Shown: positions 1-12,265 of the stretch, in pieces
Numbering within the stretch: the first letter of the stretch is position 1
Layout: the number at the start of each line of letters is the position of its first letter
From: Adineta vaga
Lineage: Eukaryota; Animalia; Rotifera
Direction of reading: 5' to 3'
Length of the DNA: 64,000 nucleotides
Assembly: GCA_021613535.1 (NCBI GenBank)
Contig: CP075493.1
Location: 14,198,001 to 14,262,000 of the forward strand
Notes under the pieces: generated by a model
What the model was told of the DNA's origin: nothing
The model's database searches: none
The model's input: the letters and a program-made list of their open reading frames with translations, nothing else
Made by a program: the position numbers and the translations under genes

Positions 1-145
1 AGTCTTCACCACGTGCTACCGATGATTCTTCCGATGTATACGTAGCTTGATGTTGTATTTCTCGATAAACGATATTTCTTTCATCTAAGTACTGAAGTAA
101 TGCTGTATGAACTTGGGTTTTGGTGACTGTAGAATTTATTGCCAT
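1..145 (-). CDS. 5' part of YbaK/ProX (INS superfamily) aminoacyl-tRNA deacylase-like protein; runs off the left edge
   Basis: Not in the ORF track. ATG at 145 opens a stop-free frame MAINSTVTKTQVHTALLQYLDERNIVYREIQHQATYTSEESSVARGED. It matches the YbaK N-terminal pattern L..L....I.Y....H..T.TSEE.A..RG. Confidence 0.7.
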   Translation of the reverse strand, partial: MAINSTVTKTQVHTALLQYLDERNIVYREIQHQATYTSEESSVARGED

Positions 146-687
146 GTAAATCTAGAACAATCAAATTCTGGAAACGATATATGAATTGTCTATTAGATTG
201 TGTTTTAAGCAAAGAAATTCAATGAAAACTTTTCGAATCCTGGCTTCAATAAGGAACAAGATCAGAAAGATGTTCGACAATGCAAATGTAGTCCCAATGC
301 AACATTCAGCGTTCAGTTTACTTTTTCCTGAATTCCAACATAAAACCAGTCAAGAACATTTTATGAGTCATCGTTTTGTAGGCTTCCATGTGATGATGAA
401 ATATTTTATGTAACAGCATCTTTTCCATGATGCCAACGTGGTATGAGTCAAGAACGTCTTATACATTATGCTTCACAGTGAAATGCGTAGAAGAAATACT
501 TGATGCTTTCCACTTCTTCGGAAGTTTCTATTCGAATGGAAAGTAGGAAAAGATGATGAAAAACTGACATGAATATATTGGAGTTTTCCAATAATTGAGA
601 CACGATGTCTATAAATTATAGAAGTGAAAACGTAGAACTCTGCAACTTTTTTATATTTGATAATCATTATATAGAATCTATTTTGAT

Positions 688-1958
688 ATGTCCGCTCGCA
701 ATCTGTCGAAGAAAGATCAAGCAGCATTCAAACGATACAAATTTGACGAAATCTTGATCAATAAAATAGCACAATATACGCTTATAAACAAAACAGATAA
801 CTACCATGGTCCATTGGCTATAATTGAAGATTGGACAATCATCGTGTTATGTGCTATGATTTCGCAATACGTTTTCAATAATATTCATTTAAAATTCGCT
901 TGGACTTTCGTTGATATTCCTGTTATTTGTATTATTGGAGCACGACAACGTGGCTTAGCACGAGGTTTACATGAGGCAACACACGGCTGTTTTGCTAGCA
1001 ACAAATATCTAAATTTTTTCCTTGGAACATTCTGTTCAGGGTATGTTATATTTCAAAGTTTTTATGGTTATCAAACATCTCATGTGAAAAATCATCATCC
1101 ATATCTTGGTACAGATCGAGATCCTGATTATGTACGTAACATATATTTACATGATGCGATTGTGTATGAAAATTTTTTATTTTTCTCTATAGCAAGGATT
1201 GAAAGAAAATAATATATGCGGTATCAATAGATCAACTGCTAATGTGAAACGTTATTTACGAAGTTTATTTCTACCAAGTGCTTCTGTTAATTATTTGTTG
1301 TACTTAATTAAATATCGAATCTGGACAAAGGTTAGTAACCGATGAAAATGAAAACCTATAGCTATAGATATTGTTTTAGGATGATGATCACTACGAAACA
1401 CTCATACGCTGTATATATCTTGGTAGTCTTGTATCAATTTTTTTCCATAGTGGAAATATATTACTGTTGTTATTGTATTGGATTATTCCATATTTCACCA
1501 CTCATATGTGGATTGGATCATTCATTGAACTTATGGAACACTATCCGATGGTAATCTACCGATAGTTTAAAGAGTCAATGCTTAACATTTGTTTTTAGAT
1601 CGAGACTGCTCCTCGTATTGATATATTTATGACACGAAATCGATTGTGTGGATGGTTTTGGAATTTTTTCTTCGGTGTACACAATGAACAGTATCATCTC
1701 GTAAAGTTTTTCTATTTCATTTTCAATCTATATGATTTACATGAGTTTATTCAAGGTACATCATTTGTTTCCCAAAGTGCCTGAATGGGAATATCATAAT
1801 GTTCATCGTATTTTAATGCAAGATTCCACATATGCTAACCTACATGAAAAACTGGTGAGTAGTTGACAATCTGTCAAATATATATCAAATCATGCTTTCG
1901 CTTTTTCTAGGGATGGAAAAATTTAATGAAGGAAATTATTGAAGTAGACGAAAAGTAA
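688..1958 (+). CDS. Membrane fatty-acid-desaturase-superfamily enzyme, bacterial RtxC/GntA-like; 6 exons
   Basis: Exons 688-1131, 1193-1330, 1380-1550, 1599-1700, 1756-1854, 1911-1958; all GT-AG and in frame. His boxes HEATH, HVKNHH, EHYP and HLVHH(LFPKVP). IGARQRGL...LHEA motif. Confidence 0.85.
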
Positions 1959-3590
1959 CCTTTTATGTTTTCTAATACTGTCGAATACTTTATAATAAAA
2001 TGCTCTAATTCTTATTCTATACATGTTTGTAATTTATCTGCTCTTTGTTGAGGTGTAAAGTAATATAAGAGTCTGGATGGCAAAAAAAAGTGTGTAATAA
2101 AATAATAACAGATTTATCTGTTTGAAATAATTATTCAAATAAAAATTATTCAAAAACACATAATTCAATCCGCTTGTGTGATCGGTATCCAAATATATCG
2201 CATACCAAAATGAACATAGTTATACTTTTTAGTTTTTAATATTGATTCAGTGTTCGATTTGCAAATCTATTCTAATACATCGATAATCAAGATTAACAAA
2301 CTTATTTCGAAATAAAAAAGACACTTTTGTCGTGCCTGAATAATAAACTGACGTCATCATTCAATCAAAGCGCTGCCTAAATTTGAAAAAAATTCATAAC
2401 CTCCATCTGGTGTATAATACGTCACTCCATTAAGAACGATCAGTACTTTTTTAAACCAGAAGATATGGCATAGCCTGGGTAAGAGTACGGATTGAGAAGA
2501 AACACTCGTACTAGTCGTATTTTATTTCTTTCGATCGTTTTTTTCCCAGTCACTAACCGATACGTTGTCTTCTTCCAGCGTTGATTTACACTTCGCATAC
2601 CTCACTATCCAAACGAGATAGTAAAAAAGAAAAAATGAGTGATATATTTTTCATCAATATTATTTCAAAAAGAATGGATAATCTTTCTCACGAACGGAAA
2701 AAACTCCTTTTATACAGATTAACAATCGGCTGAAAATAAGACACCGAATAAGTCAACGACCTCTACTCAAATGTCAAAGGAATTAGACGATTGTAATGCA
2801 GAAGAAACACTAGCTTCTCAATTCTGATACAACCATCCGTAATATTCTCGAAATTTGTTTAGTGTGAAGTCATATAGACCATGTAACGACATTTTTTCAA
2901 CAGAAATTTGTGTTAAACTAGAGGAGGATAACGAGTTGAAATTATAAGTGGATTATGCAAGAAAAATAATCAGTCAAGAATAGCACTTAATATATTAATA
3001 ATTCCATCCTTCAGTATATCTGTACACCCTTTTACATTATAGTGAATGTTCAATTCATTCGAGAAATTCTATTCTACAGATGCTTCTTACAATGCATACC
3101 GACTTGGATATAGATGCATAGCTTTGGATTGATTTGGACAATTTGGTAGGCATTATGATCACTTACTGTATATTTAATTCAGCAACTATTACGCAATTGT
3201 ATGATTCATAGAGACACAGTCATATTTTAAAAAACACTTCGTATAGTTGGAAAAAAACAACCGTTGCAATAGAACAATTGCGACAAATGGCGTTGCTTCA
3301 TTTCTTCTTATTTGCATATTCTCTTAAGTGATCGGAGGAGAACGAAAAAGAGTTGTGCTTGCCTAAACAAAGAAAGTGAGTTATTATTGAGTGAATTGGA
3401 GACTAGTTACTTTCTTCGATGTGACGGTGACAATGAGATTTTAAATCGTTTATAGATCTCATATCTTACATCATTTCGTTAAAGTTTCGCATGTGTGAAA
3501 ACGGAAAGGTTTTTTATACGAAGGACAAATAACTCACAATAACTAAAACAGGTTAGTTCAATTTCGATTTCTGTAATAGAAATAAACAAT

Positions 3591-5572
3591 ATGAGTGCAT
3601 ACAAAGAAGAAAAATTACAGTCGTCAATAGCAGAAACTAGTGACTTTTATAATGCATGTGCAGCCAATGATATTCCTCGGATTAAATGGTATCTAGCTCG
3701 TATGACCGCAAATGAAATAAATAATATCGAACCCAATAACAATACAGCATTACATGCGGCGTGTTATCATAACAATGCAGGTGCTGTCTATCTCTTGCTA
3801 AGATTTGGTGCATTAGGTTCGATTCAAAATAGCCACGGTCTCACTCCATTCGAAGAAACGACCTCTCCCTGCATCAAGCAACTTTTCTTGAGCACCGGCA
3901 ATGCAGCATGGATCGATTGGACATTTGTAAACCCACCGACGCGTGAAGCAAAACTGATGTTTGATTGCTATTTAGAAGCTATATTTCGGAGCATGGGTTT
4001 ACCATTTATACTTGACTATTTACATATTCATTATGCTCGTCGACATGTTTTCGAAGCATCATCGGAACTTGCGGAGGATATAGAACCGTAAGTTATGTAT
4101 AGATTCGATTAACTCTATTATGTGGATAAACATTATATCTCTCTCACTTAAACATATATGCAAACAGACTACACATACACTCTATCAGTATATAAAAACA
4201 AATCAACACCAGACAGCTTCGTTAGTAGTCTCAAGAACATTTCTTTGAAGTTTTTGATTAGAATCATAGAGAATATCCGGTCTTCTGTCTAAAATACGAC
4301 ATTGCGAAGTCTAAGGATTTTTCTTTTTTAATAAGACATGTTATGATACAACTGAGAATTTGTATCTTAGTTACTTTCATTCATTAACACTATTCTGATT
4401 AGGCATTTTACTGATGCACGAACATCTGTGAGTGTGATTCCAATAATCACGGCGTATACAAAAACGAGTAGATTTACTGAAATTCTGAACAAACACTGCA
4501 TTGAGATTCTCCTGACTTGCTGCAAGCGAATGGTAGGCTTGATAATACTTTGGTGACCTGTATTTGCTATTTGGTTGCTTCATTTAATTTTGATCCAGCG
4601 CTTCGTCCGAGATATGCTTATGTTGGTCGTGTTTACCGGGGTTTACGAATGAGCTCAGATTATATACAAACGTACAAAAAAGATGAGCTCGTCGTCAATC
4701 GACCTTTTGTTTCAACATCAAAAGAAATCGAAGTTGCCGATATGTTTTCAGGTGTTGGACAACATAATCACTTTCGAAAAAGCAAATTCAACAAACAATT
4801 TCTGCAGGTTTCTGTTCGATGCACTTACGATATAAAGCAGCCAGAAACGCATGCAATCAATATCACCAATATATCAGCATTGGGCCGCAATGAAGAAGAA
4901 GTACTTCTTATGCCGTTAAGCACATTTCGAATCATCGATATTAACTTTGATCGGAATCAAAATCTGTACAATATCGCTCTTGAAGATTGTAATTTACCAT
5001 CGGAAAATGATCCTTCAGCTCCTATCATTCATTGTGATTTTGCTGAAACTCCTAATCCACAGGTAAGAACCCTATAATGAGTATGAATAAACGAACTCAT
5101 TCGAGTTTTGCTCTGTCATATCCTGTTTGATATTACATTTCAATATAAATATTGAGGATTGATTTTTATGTAGATACCTAACCACAACTTTACGATCAAC
5201 ATTGATGATTCATCTTTAAACAAGTTTACTAATTTAAAAATACACGTTGCCAAAGCAATCATTAATACGTCTACTAAACGTTTTCTTATTTGGGCCATAA
5301 CAATTATTTTTATAGTCATCACAGTTCTACTTGTTGTTATCCTTCCAGTTTTTCTACGAACGCCTTGTACTAGCAATCTAACGCCTCCTGTTTTCGGCAC
5401 TACGCTTCAGTCAACACCACCAAATACTACCACTATGAACTTGTTCACTCAACCAACTACCACATCTTCATCATCTCAATCAACTATCACATCAACTCAG
5501 AACTTCAGCACTTTCTCCTGCCATACAGGCCAAAAGTGTGAATACGGGTACAGAAAAGATAAACACATCTAA
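3591..5572 (+). CDS. Ankyrin + R-S-E ADP-ribosyltransferase + transmembrane helix + S/T-rich tail; 3 exons; 1-nt frameshift near 4510
   Basis: Exon 1 3591-4088 has an ankyrin repeat (TALHAAC...LLLRFGA...GLTP). Exon 2 4403-5062 has IITAYT..RFTEILNK, then YRG, FVSTS and NEEEVL. Exon 3 5174-5572 has KRFLIWAITIIFIVITVLLVVILPVFL followed by a Ser/Thr-rich stretch. Confidence 0.75.
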
Positions 5573-5958
5573 ATCTTCTCTCATGTCTTGATTCAGTGTT
5601 AATCGAATCACTTACTACTTTAAATATATATATATATATCAACTACGCCTATCGCCTGTGCATAATACTATGTGTTTGATTGATTCGATCTAGGAAATCA
5701 TCGTTTCGGATGAATATAATATTGCGCAATGAAAATAATGTATTGTTCGACTTTAATTTAATTTTATGAAAGTCAAGACGACTTATATCGTAATGTTTGA
5801 AAAATGGAGATTTTTTTAATCTTTTTACCCTTACACTTTATTATGAAAGATAAGAGATTAAGCGATTATACTACTTTTGAAAAATCCTTAAATAAATATT
5901 ACGATCATTCAATCTAATGAAATTTCAATATTACATTAAAAGAAAATCGTAGCAAAAG

Positions 5959-8511
5959 ATGTCTTCAATAGATTGTCGAATTCTTGTCTATTTCTACGTT
6001 TTGGTGTTTACAAGCAGAACACTTACTGGACTATCCAGTCCGCTTCGACCATACAGTGTATACAAGCATACAGTAGAACTTCACAAGAACATCGCTCAGC
6101 TTTGGTGGACAGTGAATGATGTTGAGCAAGATATTACCTTTGAATTACATGTAAAGACAACTGGATGGATAGCATTAGGTATCAGCCCAGGTAAGAGATG
6201 AACTACGCAGATTGTATATTACTTCGATTCGATCGTGTTCTAAAACTATTTACAGCGGGAGGGATGAAAGGTGCTGATATAGCGATTGGTTGGGTCGACT
6301 TTTCTGGAAAATCATTTATTCAAGTATGGTCAATAACTTCTATGTTTTTTAAACTTTACTATGAGTTATTCTTTTTCCAGGATAGATTTGCATTCGATAA
6401 AACCAAGCCTGTCATCGATAATACAACGCAAGATTGGTTTATTCTTCGTGGTCAAGAACAGAATGGATGGACAGCCGTTCAGTTTAAACGTGCTTTTGAT
6501 TCGTGTGATCCAATGGATGTTCCAATAAGAGTACGATTCGTAGCATCTTTCTAGATATCGTAATAATGCCCTTGTACTTGATCGTATAGTCAGGCACAAA
6601 TATTTTGATATATGCATACGGTCTTGTTGATCCCGATACAATTCATTCAGAAATTGATATTATGTATCATGGGGAACAACGTGGTACACGTATATTACCA
6701 CTTCGATCTTATTCTAATCAAGCAACAGATGATATTCTGACTGGATTAGATTTCTTCGACTTTCGCTTCGAGAATGTAAATAAATAAGCTTCTTCTTCGC
6801 TCTTTCTATTCTACTTATTTACCTTGTCTACCTTTAGCTCATGGTTCCATCGACGGACACCACCTATTATTGCAAAGTATTCAAAAGTCCGACTAAATAT
6901 CATGAGAAAAGACACGCGATAGCGGTATGTTATACATAGTTTCGTTTTAAAGTTTAAACCATTTTTTTCAGCATGAAATATTGATCGATTCGAGAAATAA
7001 AAATCTTTTACATCACTTAGATCTGTTCGAATGTAATTCGATGGATATTCTTGATGATACTAAACTACCTGATGGCATTTGTGATAATATTCTCACTGAA
7101 ATGAGAATGTGTTCTTCAAATTTAGCTACAGCATGGGCCATTGGTGCGGATGTGGTGAGAAAGAAAAAGGATTGAAAACATCGATCAATAGCATTCATTT
7201 TCATTCGAAGTAGACTACTTTGTACCCACAAGAGGCTGGCTATGCCGTGACTAGCGATACTGACTCTAAATATTTCATGATTAAGATACACTACGACAAT
7301 CCACAACTGTCCTCAAGTAACTAATATGATGATTTCGACATTTGTTGTATATGTTCTTTTTTCAATAGACTTACGTGATAGTTCAGGTATTCGATTCTAT
7401 CTTGGAAAAAATCTTCGACCAAATGATCTTGGGTATCTATTATTTGGAACTTTGTCTAATCCAGCAAGTCTTGCTCTTCCACCCAATATGAATCAATTTA
7501 TTGTCGATTCCTATTGTCCCTCCGAAGCTACACGTGTATTATTATATAAAATTAAAATCATTCCTTTATTTTTTGTTTAAAATTAGAATTTTCCTGCTTC
7601 TGGTGTCAACATCGTATCTGCTTTACCACATACTCATTTACAAGGTACATCACTATTTCGTATCGATAGGAGAACATATAATATATCGTTTTACTATTTA
7701 TTCAGGTTACAGCGTATGGACGAAATTAATTCGAAATAATACGGCTATTCAGTATCTATTCAATGCAGAAGCTTTTGATTTCAATCATCAATTCGCAAAT
7801 CAACTGCCAAAACCAATTAAAGTTTATCCCGTAAGTAATGAAATTGTCATCATTCAACACCTAAGACTGATGTTTAGGGTGATTCGTTTGCGACTCGCTG
7901 TGTATACAATACAAAAAATAAGAGAGATATTACATTGGTAATATGCTTAGAGGAAATGTGATGAATTTTGAGTCATCTTTTTGTTCTAACAGGGTGGTCA
8001 GAGAACTATCGACGAAATGTGTTCTCATACATTTTCATACTATCCATTGGTGGACAGTTTATCTGCGTGCATGACACGAATTGATATGGCAGCATGGCAA
8101 ATTAAAATGAATATGTCGACGTTAGTGTAAAACTATAGCATAGTATATTATCTTTTCACATATCTGTTTTCTTTGAATAGAACTATAGATAACATTCAAT
8201 TGGAACATTGGCTTTTGAACCTCACATGGACATCTCAATCAGCTGACGAATGGCAAGAATTCTATAATAAAGCTCAACGTATTGTTTCGATCTTTAAAGG
8301 AGCTCAAGTAGAATCTAAATTTCTACCAGCTCTTCCAAAATATGAAGATTTAAAAGTCAAACCATGCTATAGAAAGCCGATTACAACGACTACAAATACA
8401 TTGGGAAATACCTGTGATTCTTTGTTTTCTATTGATAACAAACTATTCTTCTTATTATGCATCTTTCTCTTGTTAATCCAGTCACCAACTTCAAAGTTTT
8501 CTATAAGCTGA
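5959..8511 (+). CDS. DBH-like monooxygenase (MOXD1 family): DOMON + Cu type II monooxygenase domains; multi-exon
   Basis: Signal peptide; DOMON motif GWIALGISP.GGMKGAD; Cu ligands HHLDL, IHYDN, PHTHL and DEMC; hydrophobic C-terminal anchor; many ~55-nt GT-AG introns. Confidence 0.92.
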
Positions 8512-8950
8512 TAGTCTACTTATTTTTTCCAGATATACCAGTGTTTATAAAACTAATAAAAGAATGTTCATGTAGATTTATGTAAATTAGCGGAAGAAAT
8601 GTGATAGAATGACAGTAGACTAATTCTGAAAAACGAAAAAATGTTCTAGATGAAACATGTTTATTAAAAATAGAAATAATATATCATTAAAAAAAGAAGA
8701 AAAAACTTGAATATCAGGATTTTCCCATTAATGCAAGAAAAGATAAAAAGTGTTAAGTTCAATGAATATTTTATCTATGATAATTTAATTCTTTGAATAT
8801 TTTGCGTATAATAAAACAACTGATGCATCTTTCTTGCTTCTGGCTTAGATTGAAATCAGAGTGGCATTTCATCGAAACATAGAAGATTTCTTCTTTAACA
8901 TCCTTGAAAGGAACTCTGTTTATTATACTTTCTGATTGCATTCCATCAAC

Positions 8951-9874
8951 ATGGTATTATTAACAGAAGTAACACGTTATGTGAATATCTACGGTTTTTT
9001 CATCGTGTTAATTTTTGGAACAGTTGGAAATCTTCTTAATCTTATTACATTTCCGAAAGACTTTCGAACAATCGCTTGTATATTTTATTTGACTTGTACT
9101 TGTTTAGTTGATTTACTTTTTATTAATTTTGGTATTATACTTCGATTGACAACGGAATACCTCGGACCTAATCTGACTCTAACGAATCGTAGTATTTGCA
9201 AAACACGTGCTTATTTTCTCGTATGTTTACCAATAATGGCTTCAACGAGTCTTTTATTAGCAACATTTGATCGATGTGTCTCGACATCGCCAAGTGCTTG
9301 GTGGCGTCGATTGAGTTCAATGCGGTTTGCTAAGCTTTCTTTTATCGTAACTATGCTCTTTGTTTTGATTACAAGTATCTTTCATATAATTATATTCGAT
9401 CTTCGTAATGGTACATGTGCACCATTACCTGGTCTTCAATCGATCATGGTCGCCGTTTATGCTAATGTTTTCGCTTTTGTCATTCCTGATATCGGTACAC
9501 TGCTTTTTGGTATCACCACATGGATTCACATAAACCAATCGAAAAAGCGAATCACTCCGATTTCTGGCGGTAATCAACGAATAGATCGCCAATTAGTTAT
9601 TCTAATATTCGTGCAGGCTTCTGTGTCTGCTGTGCTAGACTTACAACGTTGCATCACTTATTCATACAATGTGCTTACTAGTTCAGTTCAGAAGAGTGTC
9701 GAACGACAACAAATCGAGTATGTTATTATACAATTGAGTACTTTAATTTATTACACGAATTTTGGTATGACTTTCTACATCAATTATGGTTCGAGCAGTT
9801 TGTTTCGGAAAACATTTCGAAAATCTATCGGATCACTAGTGAATCGATGTTCTAATCTTAATTATGGTGGTTGA
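8951..9874 (+). CDS. Orphan rhodopsin-like 7TM GPCR (intronless)
   Basis: Seven hydrophobic segments; GN in TM1; ATFDRC (DRY-like); DRQL before TM6; FYI...SSLFR in TM7/helix 8. Confidence 0.9.
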   Translation: MVLLTEVTRYVNIYGFFIVLIFGTVGNLLNLITFPKDFRTIACIFYLTCTCLVDLLFINFGIILRLTTEYLGPNLTLTNRSICKTRAYFLVCLPIMASTSLLLATFDRCVSTSPSAWWRRLSSMRFAKLSFIVTMLFVLITSIFHIIIFDLRNGTCAPLPGLQSIMVAVYANVFAFVIPDIGTLLFGITTWIHINQSKKRITPISGGNQRIDRQLVILIFVQASVSAVLDLQRCITYSYNVLTSSVQKSVERQQIEYVIIQLSTLIYYTNFGMTFYINYGSSSLFRKTFRKSIGSLVNRCSNLNYGG

Positions 9875-10890
9875 ATAGTCACAGTGTGACGTTCAGATGG
9901 ATTTTCATTACTTTTTATTCATTGTCTGAATCTAGGTATAGAAGGCACTTTTCTATGATTAGTATTTTTACGATGAAACAACAAAAACCCAGCCACTTTA
10001 ATATTTTACATTTTTGTGTTTATAGTAGTGTTATATTTAGATTATTTGCCTCATTTCAGAATTTGGATGATGTGTATACTATATATATGAGGGCACCACT
10101 AAACAGAATGATCGTCAGTAATTATTGTGAATATCGTCGCTCACATAAAACAGAAACCAATTAATTGTTCGAGCAAAATCCAGGTTTTTGTATATTTTTG
10201 TGTAACACTTAAGTTCGTTCAGTAACAACAAAATATTTAAATTAAAAACATTTTTCTTTAATATAACAATATATAATTAGTAATTATCCATGTTAATCGT
10301 TGATAAGATTATTTCTTTTGTGTTCACAACGGCGCAAAACGCTTGTGATAAATATGACTTTTAATGAAAAGAAGACTCAGAAAGGTGCCTGACATTTGAT
10401 TTTAGTGGAATATTTTCCAACAAGTTCATTATGTTGAAGTGTTCGGCAATAAAATTAACTATTTAATGAAGTTCCACAAGCTAAAACATAAGTTTATTCA
10501 ATTACATTTATAAGAAAATTAAGAACATTGTGAGTCGAGACTACTATTTTTTTATCCTTGTTTCATGAATATCACTCTTCATCACGATGGTAGAGGACTG
10601 AAATCTTAACCATTGCCTCTCCACTATGATCCAAAAATGCTCTAGAAATGCCCAGCAACTTGCATGTACCCTGCCGAGATGAGTTTTGAAGTAGGAGGGA
10701 GATCAAATTGTTGATTCATCTACTTCTGAATAATTATGAAAGAAGAAAATATTTTAGATGAAAATCCTCGTTAAAAAAGCGGAAAAACTTGAAATATCAG
10801 GAAACATAAAAGCTTCAAGCTTAAATGAGTGTTTTTATCTATTAACATTTTACATTTTCATCATTTAATTCTTTGAATATTTTGCGCATT

Positions 10891-11450
10891 ATGACACTAA
10901 TAGAAGTAACAGCTTATGTGAATATCTATGGTTTCTTCACTGTTATAATTCTTGGGACAGTTGAAAGTACTCTTAATCGAATTACATTTCTATCCAACGA
11001 CTTTCGCACAAAAGCTTGTATTTTTTATTTAGTTTGTGCTTCTCTACTTGATTTGATTCGCATTGATTTTGGTATTATAATTCGATTGATAACGGAATAT
11101 TTCGGATCGAATCTGACTGTGACTAGTCGTGTTGTTTCCAAAATACGTGCTTACGTTCTCGTATGTTTCAATTGGGCTCAATGTGGTTTGCTAAGTGTTT
11201 TTTCATCGTTATTACCATGCTTTTGTATTTGATCATATTCGATCCTCGTAATGAAACATATGCACCGTTACCTGGCCTTCAAGCGCCAATGCTTAGTATC
11301 TCTATTCATTTTTTCGATTTTACCATTATCACATGGATTCACATAAAAGAATAAAAAAATCGTATAGCTTCGATTTCTGGCGCCAGTCAGCAATCACCTG
11401 AGACTCAATGAATGAATCGACGGACAACTACTCATTCTAATATTCGTACA
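10891..11450 (+). pseudogene. Degraded paralog of the 8951-9874 GPCR
   Basis: Collinear similarity (LIEVTAYVNIYGFF, ACIFYL, APLPGLQ, ITWIHIK). The TM3/DRC segment is deleted and there are frameshifts. Upstream 10750-10890 also resembles 8640-8810. Confidence 0.85.
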
Positions 11451-12265
11451 ACGTGGTTAACTACAAACTAAATGTAGATGAACATATTTCTTGCTTGATC
11501 AGAATATGTCTTTAGAAGAATATACATTTTCCTTTGTTGCTCATTCGCACTATTCTTCTTTCTGTTATTTCATCGATGCAGATACAATTCAAAGGAACAT
11601 TAGTTTCTATTAGGAGAGAATCGCTTTAAATGGAATATAATTGTTTTTCAGCTAAATAAAAATTGAATTTTACCTAGATTTGATGTATATAATGCCAATA
11701 ATACGAGAGTTATCTCATCACAGTTCGATACAGAGTGACAAAATATTGTGAATCAATTAAACAAAAATGAATAATTTCGAAATATAAATATCAAGTTTTG
11801 AAAATAACAAAAATCAATTGATGATTAAGTAACGATATTTATGCTGAATTGGTTTATATTGACAATTCTTTTTCAGGCAACCATTATCGCAATAGTTTCA
11901 ATCGAAAGCATACGACGACCGAAAAGGATCCATCGTATAAATCTATCTCCAAGATTGATTCTTGTGAGATAAATTGAGAAAGAATATTAGATGATCTTTA
12001 GAAATGCAGATGTTACAATTAATGAGAAAATAATATCTAAAATATGATAAATGATGGTTTTTATGGGAGATTGAATTTGACTGCGAATATTTTTATTCTA
12101 TTTTCTTTCGAATGAAGAAAAAATTTACAAAACAAGATTTTCACTCAAATTTTATTTCGTTTTTCTTCAAAATAAATCGACTTTTCTGAATAACTATTTA
12201 TCAGATACTCATGAAAGATGAATGAGAATCAACTAGTAATTCAATCTCTTTGTCTAAGATAAATC

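Noticed and set aside
5140-5400. Minus-strand 86-aa ORF
   Set aside because: Antisense to the TM exon of the ANK-ART gene.
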